From: Ylistrum balloti | Lineage: Eukaryota | DNA length: 62,659 nt | Assembly: GCF_031769215.1 (NCBI RefSeq) | Contig: NW_026782009.1 | Coordinates: 1,116,001-1,178,659 of the forward strand | Reading direction: 5' to 3' | In this document: in pieces, positions 38,227 to 53,369 of the stretch | Layout: each line of letters opens with the position of its first letter | Numbering within the stretch: the stretch's first letter is position 1 | Notes under the pieces: model-generated | Seen by the model: the letters and a program-made list of their open reading frames with translations, nothing else | Database searches by the model: none | Told to the model about the DNA's origin: nothing | Program-made: the position numbers and the translations under genes

Positions 38227-38800
38227 TTAGGGCTTTGCAAGACCAGCCAATAAGTTATTGAGGGCCGTCTTACTTAGATAGAGGCCAAAGTGATGTATAG
38301 GGTAGAAACAATGCCAGATTGCTAAAGAATGAAGCCCAAACACATCACCATTCCTCAACCACCAGGATTCGTTTTCCAGTACTAACGGGACGCCACCCAG
38401 GTTGGCCCTTTTTAGAGGACTTTTACCACTTGCAGTAGGACAAAGCGAATATATTCTAACCCCTATCCGCAGGGGATTTTGCTCCACCATAGCAATGCTT
38501 ACAGAGGCTCCATAAGGCTGTGGATCCATGACCTGAAGCTTGAGGTTTTCGTGATATGACGCATCAATCAAACAAATTGTCGATCGACAGCTGGGTTACC
38601 CACTTGCATTTTAACGTAGGCCTCTGCAGCCTGAACCAGAAGTTGGAACGCAACCAATAGTTTCTGTGTGGGTTAATACCCGTCAATGTAGCATATTAAT
38701 CGATCGACCTGATCCACTACTTACTGAACTCTTTATACCTTTAGTGTCAAAGGCTGATGTAAGTTATATCAATTGAGCTTGGTTTCATCCTGGTCACGGC
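38227..38800 (-). mobile_element. Probable LTR-retrotransposon gag remnant
   Basis: AVDRQFV..LIDASYHENLKLQVMDPQPYGASVSIAMVEQ resembles the Gypsy gag capsid C-terminal pattern. Interrupted by stops. Confidence 0.35.
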
Positions 38801-40229
38801 ACCAAAATAGGCGCATCTAATGTAACACAACAACACCACATGATTTACAATTTGTTTAGTTCCTTCGCGTTGTGTTTGCACATGCCTGCTTCATCCTCTC
38901 CCCAACGAGTTAATGTAGGTTTAGTTAAGATTTATATACAAAACCTGCCGACAGTAAAATAAAATTTCGCCAAAAACGACTTTTATTCTTATGCATATTC
39001 TGTAGGATATTTCAGTCATTATGTTCATTTAATTAAATTCAATATATAGCGACACAAAAATAATACATATCCGTATAAGTAGTATGCCATACAGATAATA
39101 ATCATTTTATCCTACTCAATTATCTATGTAATACTTACGAGCATTTGATATCATCGGGTATGATCTCTGGTGGTAGGAATCAAAAATGAATACAGATGAC
39201 TTTGCCAAATCCCAGCAAATGGGGTATGTAGGTGAAAAAGAAAACATGTGATTCTTGTTTCTATATACTGAACAATAATGTGCTTTTGGGTTGATATCGA
39301 ATCTACCATGTAGTTATTATTGTTTACTTGGTCCGAAGCTTATAGCATACCATAATGTCCATCTAACCATCCGTCTGTCATCCATCCGTCAACTTTCTTA
39401 TAAATTGCTATTAGTCATGACAAACTTTAGTCGCAAGTTTCCTTGGTTGAAGGAGACTCAGTTTTGTATAATCGATGGGTCGCGGTCCCCTGGGACGGAA
39501 GGACATGGCCACAAAAGGGAAACATATAAATTATCTAAAATCCTATTACCTCTTTAGGGATGATCTGCACAAATTTGGTGTGAAGGGAAATGAATCTTTT
39601 ATAAAGTGTGGGTATCGGCGCCCTGGGGTGGAAGGGGAATGTTACATTGGGGAAAATAGAGCAAATTCTTTAAAACCCAACTTCTGTCGGAACGATTGAT
39701 TTTTGCCAAAATTTGTGTCCATTATTCTAGTGTGAAGACAAAATCAGTTTTGTGTAAGTGATCGATCTAGTTTGGTGCTGTGATTTTGTTTCTGTATCTG
39801 AATTAACGACATGCCTTCTACTTTGAAACTGAAAATAGCATGATGAAATTATAACATTTCACATGTAGTAAGCAAGGCTAGCTCAAACATATAGATGATG
39901 TGTCACACATGTAATGTTTTCTAAGTATATAATCTAAATGACATGACTGCCACTTCCGTTGTAGCCGATGGTGATACGAATAAAAACTTCACTCATTTCT
40001 TTGTTAATCTTGATTGTTCACGTAATATGCTACCGTATGCACAATGTACGTTTTTAAAAGTTGTCTCAATTATTCTGTAAATGTAAACGTGAATATATAT
40101 GCATATATAAACTGAAATTTAGCATGAACCATGGTATTAACTCCAAGTAAAGCAACTGTCCGCTGCTAATCCTACTCGAATTTGACGGCGTCTGTAATGC
40201 AAACGTGACATCTGCCATAAACGCAATAT

Positions 40230-40420
40230 GGAAGTAATAATTTATATTTCATATGTACGCTGCTGCCGCCACCTACCATTTTAGCTGATATTGCTCTGTG
40301 TCCGCCACTCCTGCTAAGTTTTCCAAACAGTTCTTCCTCTGTCTCATGCCGGCAGTATCAAAACGAATTTCTCTCTGTCCAGTTTACACTTCTCACTCTT
40401 TTACTTGTACTGTCATTTTC
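40230..40420 (-). mobile_element. Myb/SANT-like DNA-binding fragment, probably Harbinger-derived
   Basis: Frameshifted minus-strand SKRVRSVNWTE...EELFGKLSRSGG, similar to the N-terminus of Harbinger ORF2/MSANTD-type proteins. Confidence 0.35.
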
Positions 40421-42499
40421 GATAATCAGCTGCAGATAACATGAAACTTACCTCCTCCAAAAAAAAAACAGTTTTCAGTCGGGCCGCTTAAGCCGGCGCA
40501 AAAATAACTCAACTTTATCTCAGTCCACAAACAACCTTTATATTTTTTATGCAAGCCGAATTGAAGGAAATCTGAATTTGAGATTGTTTTATACAAGCCG
40601 GACTAGGCATCATAAAATGACTCATAGGTTTGCTAAAGTCTTTTGTGATTCAAAAGGCTGGAAAATCAGGCAAATTCAGTGAAATCAATCAATAATGTAT
40701 CTGTTTCATTTTGAATCATCTGTACTGCTTACATATTAGCTTACATACTTACACATCGACGGAAGTAGATTTTTCCATGCTCATCAGAATCTAGGTCGTA
40801 GATTGCGTCTAGATTTCATCTGTCTCCTCATATCTCTTTCATATGATTCTCCCCGTGCACCAAAATGTTATTTGTTCCAGCCAATAACCTATATAACAAT
40901 CATCTCTACCACCTCCATTGATAGCAGTAGCTTAAACTCCTCCTCCTAATTAGCTACAACAACAAATATTAATTTATATATTGAAATATTTAGCCTACAA
41001 AGCGTTATATTTCCGAGAATTAATTATGCATGCCATGACTGAAATAAAAGGGGGGAAAAGTAACAAATTTCTTTTTGTCTCAGTTCTGTCAAGCTGTGTT
41101 TTATGTGTCTGTTCTGGTTGTAAAGTGTTCTGGGAGATAACTTTGTCAGCAAAACGAAGTGACGTCAAAGGGAAGTTGATCACAAAGAAAATTCTGTACG
41201 TATTATTTTGAATTCAAGTTTCTTTTATGTCCTAATTCACCACTGTAGCTTAGAAAATGCTTATATTTTGTTTTAATCATGGAAAATATCAATATTTACG
41301 AAATAAGCCGACCTGTGACCGGCAGACATCGGACTTTAACGTAAAAAAACGCGCAGCAACAGGGCAGCATCACAAGATCAAGACACGTTCACAGGAATTA
41401 TGTACACACAAACTATAGCCAGCTTTTAGTGATTAATAACAGTTTCTGCATCTCAAACTGTGTTCCTGTAATGCAAAGAATCCCTATGTGAAGAGGTTAT
41501 ACAGAGCTAAAAAAATATCGCGTTTACTCGGTCAGTATTCCAGTTATTTAGTTTACCCTTCTTCCATTACATAATTATATATCTTTTTTATTATCAGTAG
41601 TTCCCCAACTTTTGATTATTTTAGTTCAGACATCACACACCACAAAATGGTAGCCCTGTACACAACAAAAATGGAATACCCTTGTTCGTCGCTACTGCTA
41701 CCTCAGATCAAATATATTACAAGTATTATCATTCATCATAAGGCAACATAAATGGTAGAGGCGTCAACCCCGTTAGGCCTACGTTGTATCTAGTGCACTA
41801 GAGCATTTTCTTTCAAATTAATTGATGAAATAATCAACCACGTTTCAGCATTACTTGATACAACATCAAATCTTTGTTTAAAAGCATTCTTTGTTAAATT
41901 TTCCAAATACTATGTCATGTACATGAAATTTCCATTGCTTATTCATATAACAGTCTTTTAAATAGTTTGTCTCATAATAGGAGCATTTTGATATTATTGT
42001 AGCATTACTATAATGGCATGTAGTTAACCTTTTTTGATGGCCTTGATTTAAAACAAAAAGAAAATTCTCCCATTAATCTAATTTGGAAACTTTGTGAAGC
42101 TGCTTTTCTATCCCTTGTGAATTGATGATTGAATTTGTATACAGTAGTTCTTTTGAATTTGACCATTTCATGTAATGTTGTTGGCAAAACCTTACTTTAA
42201 GAATTCTGTTTTTGTAAATGAGTGTTTATACATCACAACATACAGACGTAATTTATTCTTTTTAGCAATTTGATTTGTTAACCATTGGAAAAGTTATTGC
42301 CCTTTGTATATATTATGATTTAATTTCCATTGAGAAGGGAAATAATTCAGCAGCTATAAACAAGAGAAATTGTTAGTAAATGTATTTTCTCTTATTGCAC
42401 CTGAAATTTCAGTGTTGATTTTATGCAACCATGCAGTTATTATTTTTGCATAGTTATTTATAAAGTTTTAATTGAATATGACTTCATTATATGCTATCG

Positions 42500-44945
42500 A
42501 GTTAAGTTTATGAATACCATCTAATGACAAATACAATAATATTTGAATCGACTCCATATTTGGGCAGATGAAAATGGATTTACATTTTCACAATCAACAG
42601 TTTGTATGTATTTTGTCAAATGCGGAGACAACACGACAATCAGAATCTCTCTTTCTGGTGCACCCATTTCAGTTAATGAACAAACCAAATTCTTAAGGGT
42701 AATATTCGACAGTAAATTGTCGTTCCTTCCACAACATATGTTATATCTCAAAGCCAAATGCCTTAAAACACTGAATAGTCGAAAGGTGGCGTCCCATACT
42801 GGTTGAGGAGCTGATACAAAAATACTTTATAGATCTCGTATTAGACTACGGTTCCATTGTGTATGTGTAGCAGGGACATTATTTCGTGTATTTTTAAGTT
42901 GTTTCATTAAATATCTATTATTGTGTTTTTGGCATTATTTTAATATTATTCTCCAATCGTCCAGTGTATTGTATTGTCGCGTCCGTAACACAGATTGCCG
43001 GAATTAGTATCGTCTGTATCATATAGTTATGTATCTGTATTTAGTGCCATTTCGTGTCGTCTTTATTGTACCAGTTATTGTAATGTCCAAGTGGTCAGTC
43101 TTTGTGGTATTATGTCACATAGTTCCTGTTGTTTCATTGGTTGTTTTTATTGGGCGATTTGGCGGGATATTTCTTTGTTCAGGCTTTTGTCTTGTCAGAC
43201 TGAGGCATTCGCTTGACCAGACTGGACGTGTTCAATAAACTTGAAAATATATTGATATATACATTGAACTAAACCGTCCCGTGGATTTGTTGTAGCTCCA
43301 TGGTCAGTTTCAGGACATGGGCTTTAAGCCATTATTCAGGTATATATGTATTTCTGTATATGTATGATTATATTTTAACTTTTAGCTCAATATAACTTGT
43401 AAAGATAAATGCATCTTGCATTTATCTATATATTTATTTGATCGATATAAATAGTATCGATATAAAAGTCTATAATAATCATTGTAAACGTCTCATTTGT
43501 AAATCGTAATAGTATACGATTGATAAGTAATGATTTTATTAGGGCTGTGAGAGTTATTTCCCTCTGTGTGTGTGTGGAAGTTAAGAAAGTATGGTTAGCT
43601 TGATTGTGTAGTTAAGTCTGTTTTATTATTATTTGTTACAGAGCTTTTTAAGATGTCCTGATAATGTTGGAATAAATATCGTACCTAACCCCCGTGACCT
43701 TGTCGTCATTTCAATACAAGACCATCACGATTACATATGGATCTGCTAGACCTTCATATCTCAAATTATTAGACACTGTGGATCACCAGGGTCTGAGGCT
43801 CGTTCTCGGAGCTTTTAAGACCACGCCTACAGCAAGCCTCTTTGTAAAGGCTAATGAACAATCACTATATAGCCGTCGAAATAAAAGTCAAAACCTTCAA
43901 ATCCTGCGTTTTCACTTGTAATTGGTTCAAAATACAAACATTGTATCAAAACAAACAGAAGACCATTTCACCATTCGGTATTCGGATTTCCGCTCTTTTA
44001 AAAACACAAAACTGATATTGACCAAATTCAGTAATTTAGTCCGATAGAAATTCCACACTGGCCCTTTTCTACACATGAAGTTGACTTTTCACTTCATAAA
44101 ATGGCTAATTAAGACAGTTGCACCCTACGTTACCCTACTCTAAATTGCAGTTTCTAAACTTAGATACAGATGATTCAAAAGATTATGATAAGGATGCCGC
44201 GCCCATGGTTTCACAAGATGAAGAATATAGATGCTGGCTATCGAACAACGCCTCAATATTCTCGCTGGAAGCGCGAGCTATCTACCCTGTACTTGAATAT
44301 ATCCAACAAAGTAATGAGAGCTGTTATCTATTCAGAAACTCTTTCTGTTAAACAAAGTCTTAGCAATAGAAATATTGAAAATATTTTCATTGCCCATAAT
44401 ATATTGATACTAACTATACCATGAACTTGCCTTCAACTTTCGAACTGTTTTTGCTGGGTTCCTAGGAACATGGGGAAAACAGACAATGAAAAAGCAGTTC
44501 GTGTCGTAAAAGCAGCTTTATCGCTTCCACGAAGTTGTCCTTGCCCGTCTTTACGCATTCATATGTGTTGAAAGGCAAAGATAATCCTTGGTGCATATGA
44601 TTCGATAGGCCGTTCACCGCTCAACATTTTTATAGGACTGCATTGACGTTCTGTCTACTCGAGATTTTTTTTATCGTAACGTTACAAGTCTAAAAACCCT
44701 TTTTGAAACTGCCGAGAGTTGTAAAATTCTTAAGTTGGTTATCTGCAAGATATTGGTCTATATTGCAGAATATGACTTACTTTCTCAATATTATGTGATG
44801 ATATAACCATTTAGGATTTTTAACATTTCAGTTTGTTTGACGTGATTTTCTTTTGTGATAACTGCGTGTTCCACAGGTTGATGGCCCTAATGACGTGTTT
44901 GTGTGCTGACGGGACGTTAGGATTTTAATAGTAATGATGATAGTA
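42500..44945 (+). mobile_element. I/Nimb-type LINE 3' half (RT end, RNase H, tail), interrupted by a solo LTR
   Basis: NRLHIWADENGFTFSQS, YGSARPSYLKLLDTVDHQGLRL and NASIFSLEARAI; TAA-like tail at ~44925. The frame rejoins across 42866-43735. Confidence 0.85.
42866..43735 (+). mobile_element. Solo LTR (Gypsy-like), 870 bp
   Basis: TGTAGC...GATTACA termini, TSD TATG at 42862-42865 and 43736-43739, AATAAA at 43671. Removing it restores GTGTATG|GATCTGCTAG of the LINE RT. Confidence 0.85.
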
Positions 44946-47789
44946 ATAGTCTTTTGGTGTTAAGTATAGAAAAAAGTGAGTCAGCAGAAATATGGTAGAT
45001 TTACATTTGAAAGTAAACTTCAATCCATTTCTCATCACATACTGATGTTATCAGTTGAACAATTCAAGCTGGATGAAGCATTTTGCATTTTTGTTTTAGG
45101 AAACAACAGGAAGTGTCAAATCAGAAAGAAACAGATGATGTTGAACACTATAAAGTATCACACAGTATTTACATATGAAAAAATACGATGTCTTGTAAAA
45201 ACAGCGCTAAAATCCATGAAGAGTACTACCGAAGTTCAGAGACATGTCATGGGAAAACGGGCACACTGACCTGTCGCTTTCTTTTCATATTTTATATATC
45301 TATATTCTTCCATTTAAAATCAAATGTGGTATGGCTTCCAAAAAAGTAAGTTATCAAGAGCAGATCCTTAAATGAAAAACATAAATCATCAGTAACAAAG
45401 TATTTATGTTAAACGAAATTAACACCATAATCGCTTATAATCAGGAAAACTCAAACATGTATCCGCTCATCAAACACGAAAGTGCCTGTCGTCATGCATC
45501 GTCCGACTTAAGTAAATTTTAGTATTTGAAACTACTTCTCATTTGCATCAATGTCGGGTCGGTTTGAAATCCAATATGACCATTTTGTTGAAAAATACTT
45601 TGTACACTCTGCCATTGAGCTGAAAATTGATGGGGATGTTTAAAAAAAGGTTTCAGTTTTTGGTCTAGCCGAAAATTAATATGGCAGCTATGGCTGCCAT
45701 TTTGTAACATGATTTTCCAACACCTATTTGAAACTTCAAGTTCAACAAGTAGTATTCATCTGAGATGGTCTTGACTAAGTGTCGTTGTTTTTGCAGCCCC
45801 GCCGATTGTTCAATATGGCAGCTATTGTGCAACAGGATTGTGCAATTATGATTCCTACTTTATTAACTTCTCAATTTACCATATTACCGTATACTTGGTA
45901 TTTTGCGGGTTATTGCCGTGGTCACAAGATTAGATCAGTGACACGGGTAAATATTACACAAACTGTGATGAAGAGTGTCGTTTTATTGTACCGTCATTAT
46001 CCAGAGCAGCCGGGGGCAATATTTTCGAAAAGTATGTCTTCTTATACCCAAATTGGGAAATTTTAATTAACTGAAATTTAATTCTTTGTTTTTAAATGAA
46101 AGTCTTATTTGTATTACCACAAAAACAACCATTATTCAGTATAACACAGGAATTCCGCACTGGAAACGGGACAGCCCAGACCACGAAATGTTATTTTTCG
46201 GGTACGTTGAAAACCCAATGTTGCCGCCATTGAAAGACATGGTATAAACTGCTTCTCATGAGCCACTGGTACCACCGAACTAAAATCTGGAGAGGATGAT
46301 AGAGAAAGATAGCAGCCAAAGTGTTATGATAGTTCTGTCTCTTCGAAATTTTGATACGGCAGCGAAGGCGGCTATTTTGTGTCATGAATGCGCAATAATG
46401 GTTTCTCCAAACAACACTTTTTATTCTTCTCAAGTTCAACAAGTAGTAAAGGTAGTCCGAAAGAGTCAACCAGAAAAGAAATGCGGATGCTATAGTCGCC
46501 ATCTTGAAAAACACATTTTAAAGTTTTGAAATTTTCCATGACAAAGCACTTTTAACAAGAGATCCAAGAGATATCTTATCTCCTATCATCGTTTATTTGC
46601 TCTTTGAAATACTGATTTTCCGTTCTTTTCTCTTCTCTGTTTTTGCTCTTATTAATATGAAATTTGACCAATCCTTTGCTGAAATAATGATATTTAATTG
46701 CCAAATCCAAGATGGCCGACTTCACCGAAACAATTCAAGATGACGACCTGTCGGCCATTTTTGTTTTCTGATCAGTCCCTCAATCAGGAAATATCGACAA
46801 CAACAAAATATTTAAGGACCACGGACGTAGGGCGATTTCAATAGATAAATTCAAAACGTCATTATCAATAGTTTGAATAATCACACGATTCAGATTATAC
46901 ACAAGCAGATGGCATTCTTTTAAAATGTTTATTGAATAATGGGACTAATGCAGCTCCTCATTTATAATTTGACATTTTTTCGACCAAATTAAATTCCTTC
47001 AGTCATCATATAGGTTTTCACTTACCAATCCTTTAACGACGAAACAGCTGTATGATGCATATCTATTCTTGACTAGGATCTACGGTATCGAATTCTCTTT
47101 TAAGAATCTTTTCATAATATTCAATTTTAGATTCAGTCGTTAAATGCAAACGCAAATTTTAGTTTTATAATAAATTTAATTCTCGGTCTGACTTTAGTCA
47201 CATAGATTGCGAAGTTATATGACACAGATTGCTGACATAGACCTATACCACTGTTGTAGTTGAGTCCTATATAAATGAGCAGGTGAACGTCGTGATGTCC
47301 TTGGACATGACAGGGCATATTTAATCTGTCAGATCGTAGAGCTCCAATGTAGAACTGTACTTGTTATCAGTAATTCATGAACTTGACATTTGATCTTCTC
47401 ACATTATGCATTTAAGCTATATAACTCAAATGTAATGTTTGATGTTTCCAGTCCGCTCACTAATTTTATGTACAAGATGAAATATATGGACAGATAAAAG
47501 CGCAAATGTACATTTTAAATGAGATAGTCAATTAGAAAAAGTAATCAACATTTTGAAATGTGATGGCAATTCCACTATTAAATTACAAAACGCCAATGGC
47601 ATTTAAATTTGGGTCATGTTTTAACAAAGTTATACATGTTGCTAAAAGGACTGTGAAAAACGCATGTAACGAATACATGATGAATGGTCTTCTAGAACTG
47701 CAATGCGATCATTACTAAGCCTTCGTGATGTTGCAGTGATTTGCCACCCACTTATTAGATTTATATTTGGAACAGAATTAATTCAGCAG

Positions 47790-48815
47790 TCACTGAAAAA
47801 CTCCCACGTAGAATCTCTCCCAAATAATTTTCACAGGAAGAAACCAAACAAATGGTTTCGTATGGCTGTTCGCTTTACCAAAATTCAGGATACTTCATTA
47901 TGCTTATTTTATACTGATGGTTCAAAAGATAATGATAAGGTTGCTGCGGCCATGGTTACACAAGATATATGGATGCCGGCTGCTTAAAAACGCATTAATA
48001 TTCTCAGCGGAAGCGCGAGCTATCTACCTCGCTCTTGAATATATTCAAAAAAAAAAAGTAATGATAGTTGTTATCCTTTCCGACTCTGTTTCAGTTCTAG
48101 TCTTAGCACTAGAAATATCGAATTTTTTTCATTTCTTATACATTAATATTCTATCATGTACTTTCCTTTAATTCCGTATTGCTTTTTGCTGGGTTCCTGG
48201 GCACAAGGGAATACCAGGCAATGAAAAAGCAGATCGTGCCGCAAAGGAAGCTTTATCGCTACCACATGTTGTTTTTGAACTTCATTTTAATTATTTTAAA
48301 CCATTTATTAAACAATTTTTAATATCTCCGTGACAAGAGGAATGGAATCAATATACCGGTAATAAATTACACTTCGTAAAACCTTTAATCGGAGAATGGT
48401 CTCCATCCTATAGAGACAATTTTCAGATAGGCCAACCTCACCTTACACATTTATATATGCTGAAAGGCGAAGATAATACCCGGTGCATAAGATGTGATAA
48501 TCCATTTACCGTTAAACATTATTGGACTGCATTAACCTTCTGTCTACTCGAGAAAGTTTTTATTGTAACATTACAAGACTGAAAACCCTTTTTGAAATTG
48601 TTGAGATTTGTAAAAGTTCTAGGCTACCTGAAAGATGTTGGTCTATAAAATAGACGTACCATTTTAATATTTTGTGATAACATACCCATTTTTGGCGTTT
48701 GTCTTTTACCTCTTCGTTTTTTAATGTAATTTCCTTTTGGATCGCTGTGTGTTTTTACCGGTCCTAATGACCTTTTATGTGTTTACGGGCCCTTAAGAAT
48801 GTAATAATAACAATA
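47790..48815 (+). mobile_element. I/Nimb-type LINE 3' fragment (RNase H to tail)
   Basis: FYTDGSK, IFSAEARAIYLALEYI and WVPGHKGIPGNEKAD; (TAA)-rich tail at ~48800. Confidence 0.88.
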
Positions 48816-51800
48816 AGCCTAATGCTTACTGTATGTGCAAATGGTATGATGTCAAAGAGTAACTAGAATGTTGAGCTCATCCTGTGGTACTTGATTATTT
48901 TCCTTCATTTCCGTCACTTAGCGGTAACTTGCTTTTGAGTTCTGTGCCGAACGTCACGTAGAGTAATCTATTTGTTTGTATCTGTCCTGCATAGGGCGGC
49001 AATCCTGATGATCATAAATTTTAAAGGACCTTAAAGAATGCAGAACCATTTTGTTTAATGATCCAGACAATGAATGTAGAAAAATTTATTGTGCCGTCAT
49101 ACTAATATACACGGTATTACGATACTCCAAACAGCCAATTAATACTGACAATAGACTAGACAGTGAAATGACTACATTACATCATACGTTTTTGTCCTTT
49201 AGAGACTCGTCAATGATGCTTACGGTCTAAAATGTTGAAATCTAAGAGGCGTCTTAAAACGTACATAACTCCATGTAAATCTCAACGTTTTTAGATCTAG
49301 AGGTGGACTGACTATAATGCAACAGATGCACGTGTTTTCAGTATCAGATATTTTGAAAATAACATACATACTTGGGTTAAATTATGTTGACTTGTTGGTA
49401 TTCTCTTGATATTTATTGGCCCATGACAAACAAATTCAAACAGCGGTTATCAAAGCTCACTAACAAATGTTATCATGTTTAAAACAACTCTACCTCCTTT
49501 ACAACTTATTAACAGTATTCTTTTTCTAGATATTGACTTCTTAAAAATGACATCAACGTTTTAAATAATGACCAGCAAACAATAACGATTAATATATTAA
49601 CTTAATTGAGGTTTTACGAAACAAGTCTAGTTCTTCATAAAAAGTTTAAATACGCTTCATTGTATGGTGCGCTGACATGCTTTTGTCATATACATATTTA
49701 TGATTATGCAAGAGGAAGATTCAATGACCTTACGGTAGAATATAGGCAACAATTATTCAAATTTGACACATAGACAGTGAACTCTATACCGTTTTATTGC
49801 TGCATATTTTCTGCTTGTTTTCGCAAGCAGATGACATTCGATTATCGACATTCACTGCTGACAAAATTTTTATACAAAATTTAACCTGCTTGAATTAAAT
49901 ATAGAGCATTTACTTTCGGTAATCTCAAAATTACATTTAGATACTGGAAAGTGTTAGCAAACAATTTTACGAGCTTTTCACTCGTATGATTCAAATGTTC
50001 AAACATGATTTCGATACAATTTTATTTCATCTCACACCGGTATAAATGAAAGAATGATATAAGCCTGTATACAGAAAGATGTTTAAGCTTTTCGTTGAAT
50101 TCTACAAGGTTTTGAAAATACTGATATAGGCGACATTTTGTAAAGGTCGGGTTTCCAGCAATGCTTATTTCCCATAGAGGTCAGCCGAAAGATTCGTTTC
50201 ACACTCCGCGGCCACTCACTGATAAATTGCTTTGTGCCTTCAAAGATGGTTCCTTTGGTTTTATAATCAATCCAAATTAATCGACGTCGAACTTGCCTAA
50301 AACATCACCTTTAAATATTTAATAAAGCTGTATACTTTCTCTTAATATTCAAAAGTTTGCATTACCATGTTAATGAAAAACGGCAAAAATCAAAAGGAAA
50401 CACGGATTTATATCATTATCGTTCCAAAAGTGTCTTTGCGCATGAGGGAAAATTAAGAAAGCATAAAGCGGCGTGTTAAAACGAAGTTACGGAAGTCACG
50501 TTCATGTAATAAACTCTGATGTCTCCGATAAAAACAGCAAAATTGTTATCAAAATAATTCCAATAATTACTTTCGACAACTTTGGTACACAGGTCACGTG
50601 TCAATAAAATGATAACAGGCGTCATGAAGAACAAATAAATTCATTAAAACCTAAATGTAATCGAGGTGAAAATGTACATATGTCTTTCATACCTAACGTA
50701 TATTCAAGTCAAATTAAAAATATGCATATAATGAATTACTTATATCGACAAGAGACACGTGTTTCTTCTGAGTGACATTTAGTTTGAAAGTTAAAAAAAC
50801 CAAACATCCATCATACAGTACACCATAAACACAAGTGGCTGACATTCTTCATTCCCTGAAGCACGCATTTGCTAATGTTATATTTTTTTCTGAACAGGAA
50901 ACAGTAGAAGAAATGCCCAAAGTTTGGATTTACGGTAAAAATCTCGATGACATCTTTGCATCTAACTCTAAACCTGCATTAAAAGGTGCTATTCACTTGC
51001 ACGTATAACACTGAGTAAATATGTATCTTGTTCTATGGGTCCAGACGCACGTAGAAGATCATAAAAAGTCACCTTTTGAATAAGGTACAATAGAACCCAA
51101 TAATGAACTAAAAATGTATCATGCAACTGTTTTGTCTTTCTAGGACTTGTCAGTGATGCTCAAGGCCCTATCTTTGAAACACGAGAGACGACTTAGGAAA
51201 ATAGAAGTGTCTTAGTTATAAACTTTAAATTAATGACAAAGTTAGGTTTCCGATATGACAATTTAGTAAAACACTTATTGATTCGTTGCCGTACTTTTAT
51301 CAATTTCAATACAATAATGTGTTTCTTTCCGGAATGTGACCGGCGGATATTGCTTAATTCGACGGTATTCTTGTTTCAATTCACTTGTACAAAAACATAT
51401 TGAAGTTCTAATGACACTCGAAGTTAAGAAAAACCGATTAATTGATGAGATACGATAGCAATGAAGATTTAGCTCTCGCGATATATTCTAGTCGCATATA
51501 TCGTAACTCATCTTAAAATTACTATTTCAGTCCTATTTCTATAAGTATACACTGGATGTTGAGTATGGTAATTATTTATTCACGATGTGTATATGCTAAC
51601 AAAAGATTATTAATAGCATACACATTTTCCGACCGCTGATGTCATGTAGTCGACAGGCGGCCATGCATTATGATGTCATATATCTACATGTGATGTATCA
51701 CCGCTTTTTAGCTTTAACATTGATCTAGGAGGTATATATCACTTTTATCATATCCCGTTCCGAATCTATGTTGGGTACTTTGGGAACTTTCAACGAATTT

Positions 51801-53369
51801 GATTCAGATTTACCTCAGAATATCTTCACATAAAGCATATTCACCAGGGAATGATCCTTGTGTATTGCATGCAGGCATTTTCTTGTGTGTAATGTTTGAT
51901 TTTTTTATTGATTGTTCTTTGTTTGATAATTAAACATGTACCTTATCAATATACTCTAATACGCCAGCTTACTCTTGCAACTTTTCGAAAGAAAAGTGTG
52001 GACCTAAGTCGTACAAACAAGTTAAAATTTCGTATGAACGAGATAAAAAGTCGTGAAAATGAGTTATAAAGGTGTATTTCAGAATAATCATAAACCTCAT
52101 CTGTGATTTTGAAAAGTACATTGAAAAAGTAGCTGTAAAATCAATATAAATAAGATATATTTAACATTATCGTTTGGTATATAGAAAGAACATGTAGCCA
52201 TGGTACACTTACATCGCAAGTTTTGAAATGGTAGCTTGTCTGGTCCAAATAGCCATGCAAGCTTATGCCATATCATGGCAGCCGTCGTCAATTGACATCT
52301 TCTATTTCACTAATTGAAATTAAACTCTATTTCCTGGATGCATTCCTGAGTGTAAGGGGATTCAAAACTAAAAACTGAGCTACCAGGGAACCGACGGGCG
52401 GAACCAAAAGGGATAATTTGCATTTGTGTAAAAATGGTAGGATTTGCATCCAAGGGGCCTTGCGGGCTAAGCCATAAAGTATTTTGTATCTTGGGACAGA
52501 GAAACGAGACCAAAAATGGGAAGAAGGTGGGGGGAGGGGGTGCCAAAATAATGTGAAATTTAGCCAAACATTTAGCAAAAGAAATGTCTTCCCCGTCTAT
52601 ACGAAAGACAAATTTTCGTTGAAAATCAATTCGCTGTGAGATGAAGGTCTCACTTCTCAGAGTGCAGAATGACATGGTTAAATAGGGCCTATAGATGTGT
52701 CTGCAACAGTGAAAGTATTTTAGATTAATATATTAAACTATACGCAGATATAGCGTGTACACTATGAGAAATTAAGGTAAGACAATGCATACTTCGTTTC
52801 GTTGTTGGAATAAGGTATTTTGTCAAAATTTGATTTGTAGCTTAGAAAATCATTTGAAAAAAAAGTAGCACTATAAATGTTACTAGACGTGTTTTGAAGA
52901 TAAAGTATCCTAGTAGTGGGCTATACGCCCACTGAAACCACCCCAATGATGCAGAAATCAAGAATAATTCATTATGTTCAATTACTTACAGACTGATAAG
53001 GTGATCAGGGGAAAAAAGCTTAAATGTAAAACATTGCAAAAACTTTTCAGAATCTAATTGAATGAAAGGGCTGCTAAATCTTCTCAGTTCTTAAACTTTC
53101 TGTATTCTAGTAAAACAGAAAAGCCGTCTTTCAAAAGTCAGACTTTTTCTGTCCATTGCTAAATTTCTTTTGTTAGCCAGGTGAATACATTTCCTTCACC
53201 TCTGAAAAATGAAGATAAATTTTATGTTAATTTTACAATATTCTTCTCATAATACTAAACAATATTTGCACAGTGTGTACAACGCTTTGCTATTCCTCTT
53301 AACATGAAAAAAAGGTTAAACAAAATGACTAACATTACTTTGGCTTTACAAAAACATCTGTGACATTAA

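Noticed and set aside
38227-38571. FHA-domain-like host exon (LRNGDVFGL)
   Set aside because: Only a short motif match; the upstream sequence fits a gag remnant better and splice signals are absent.
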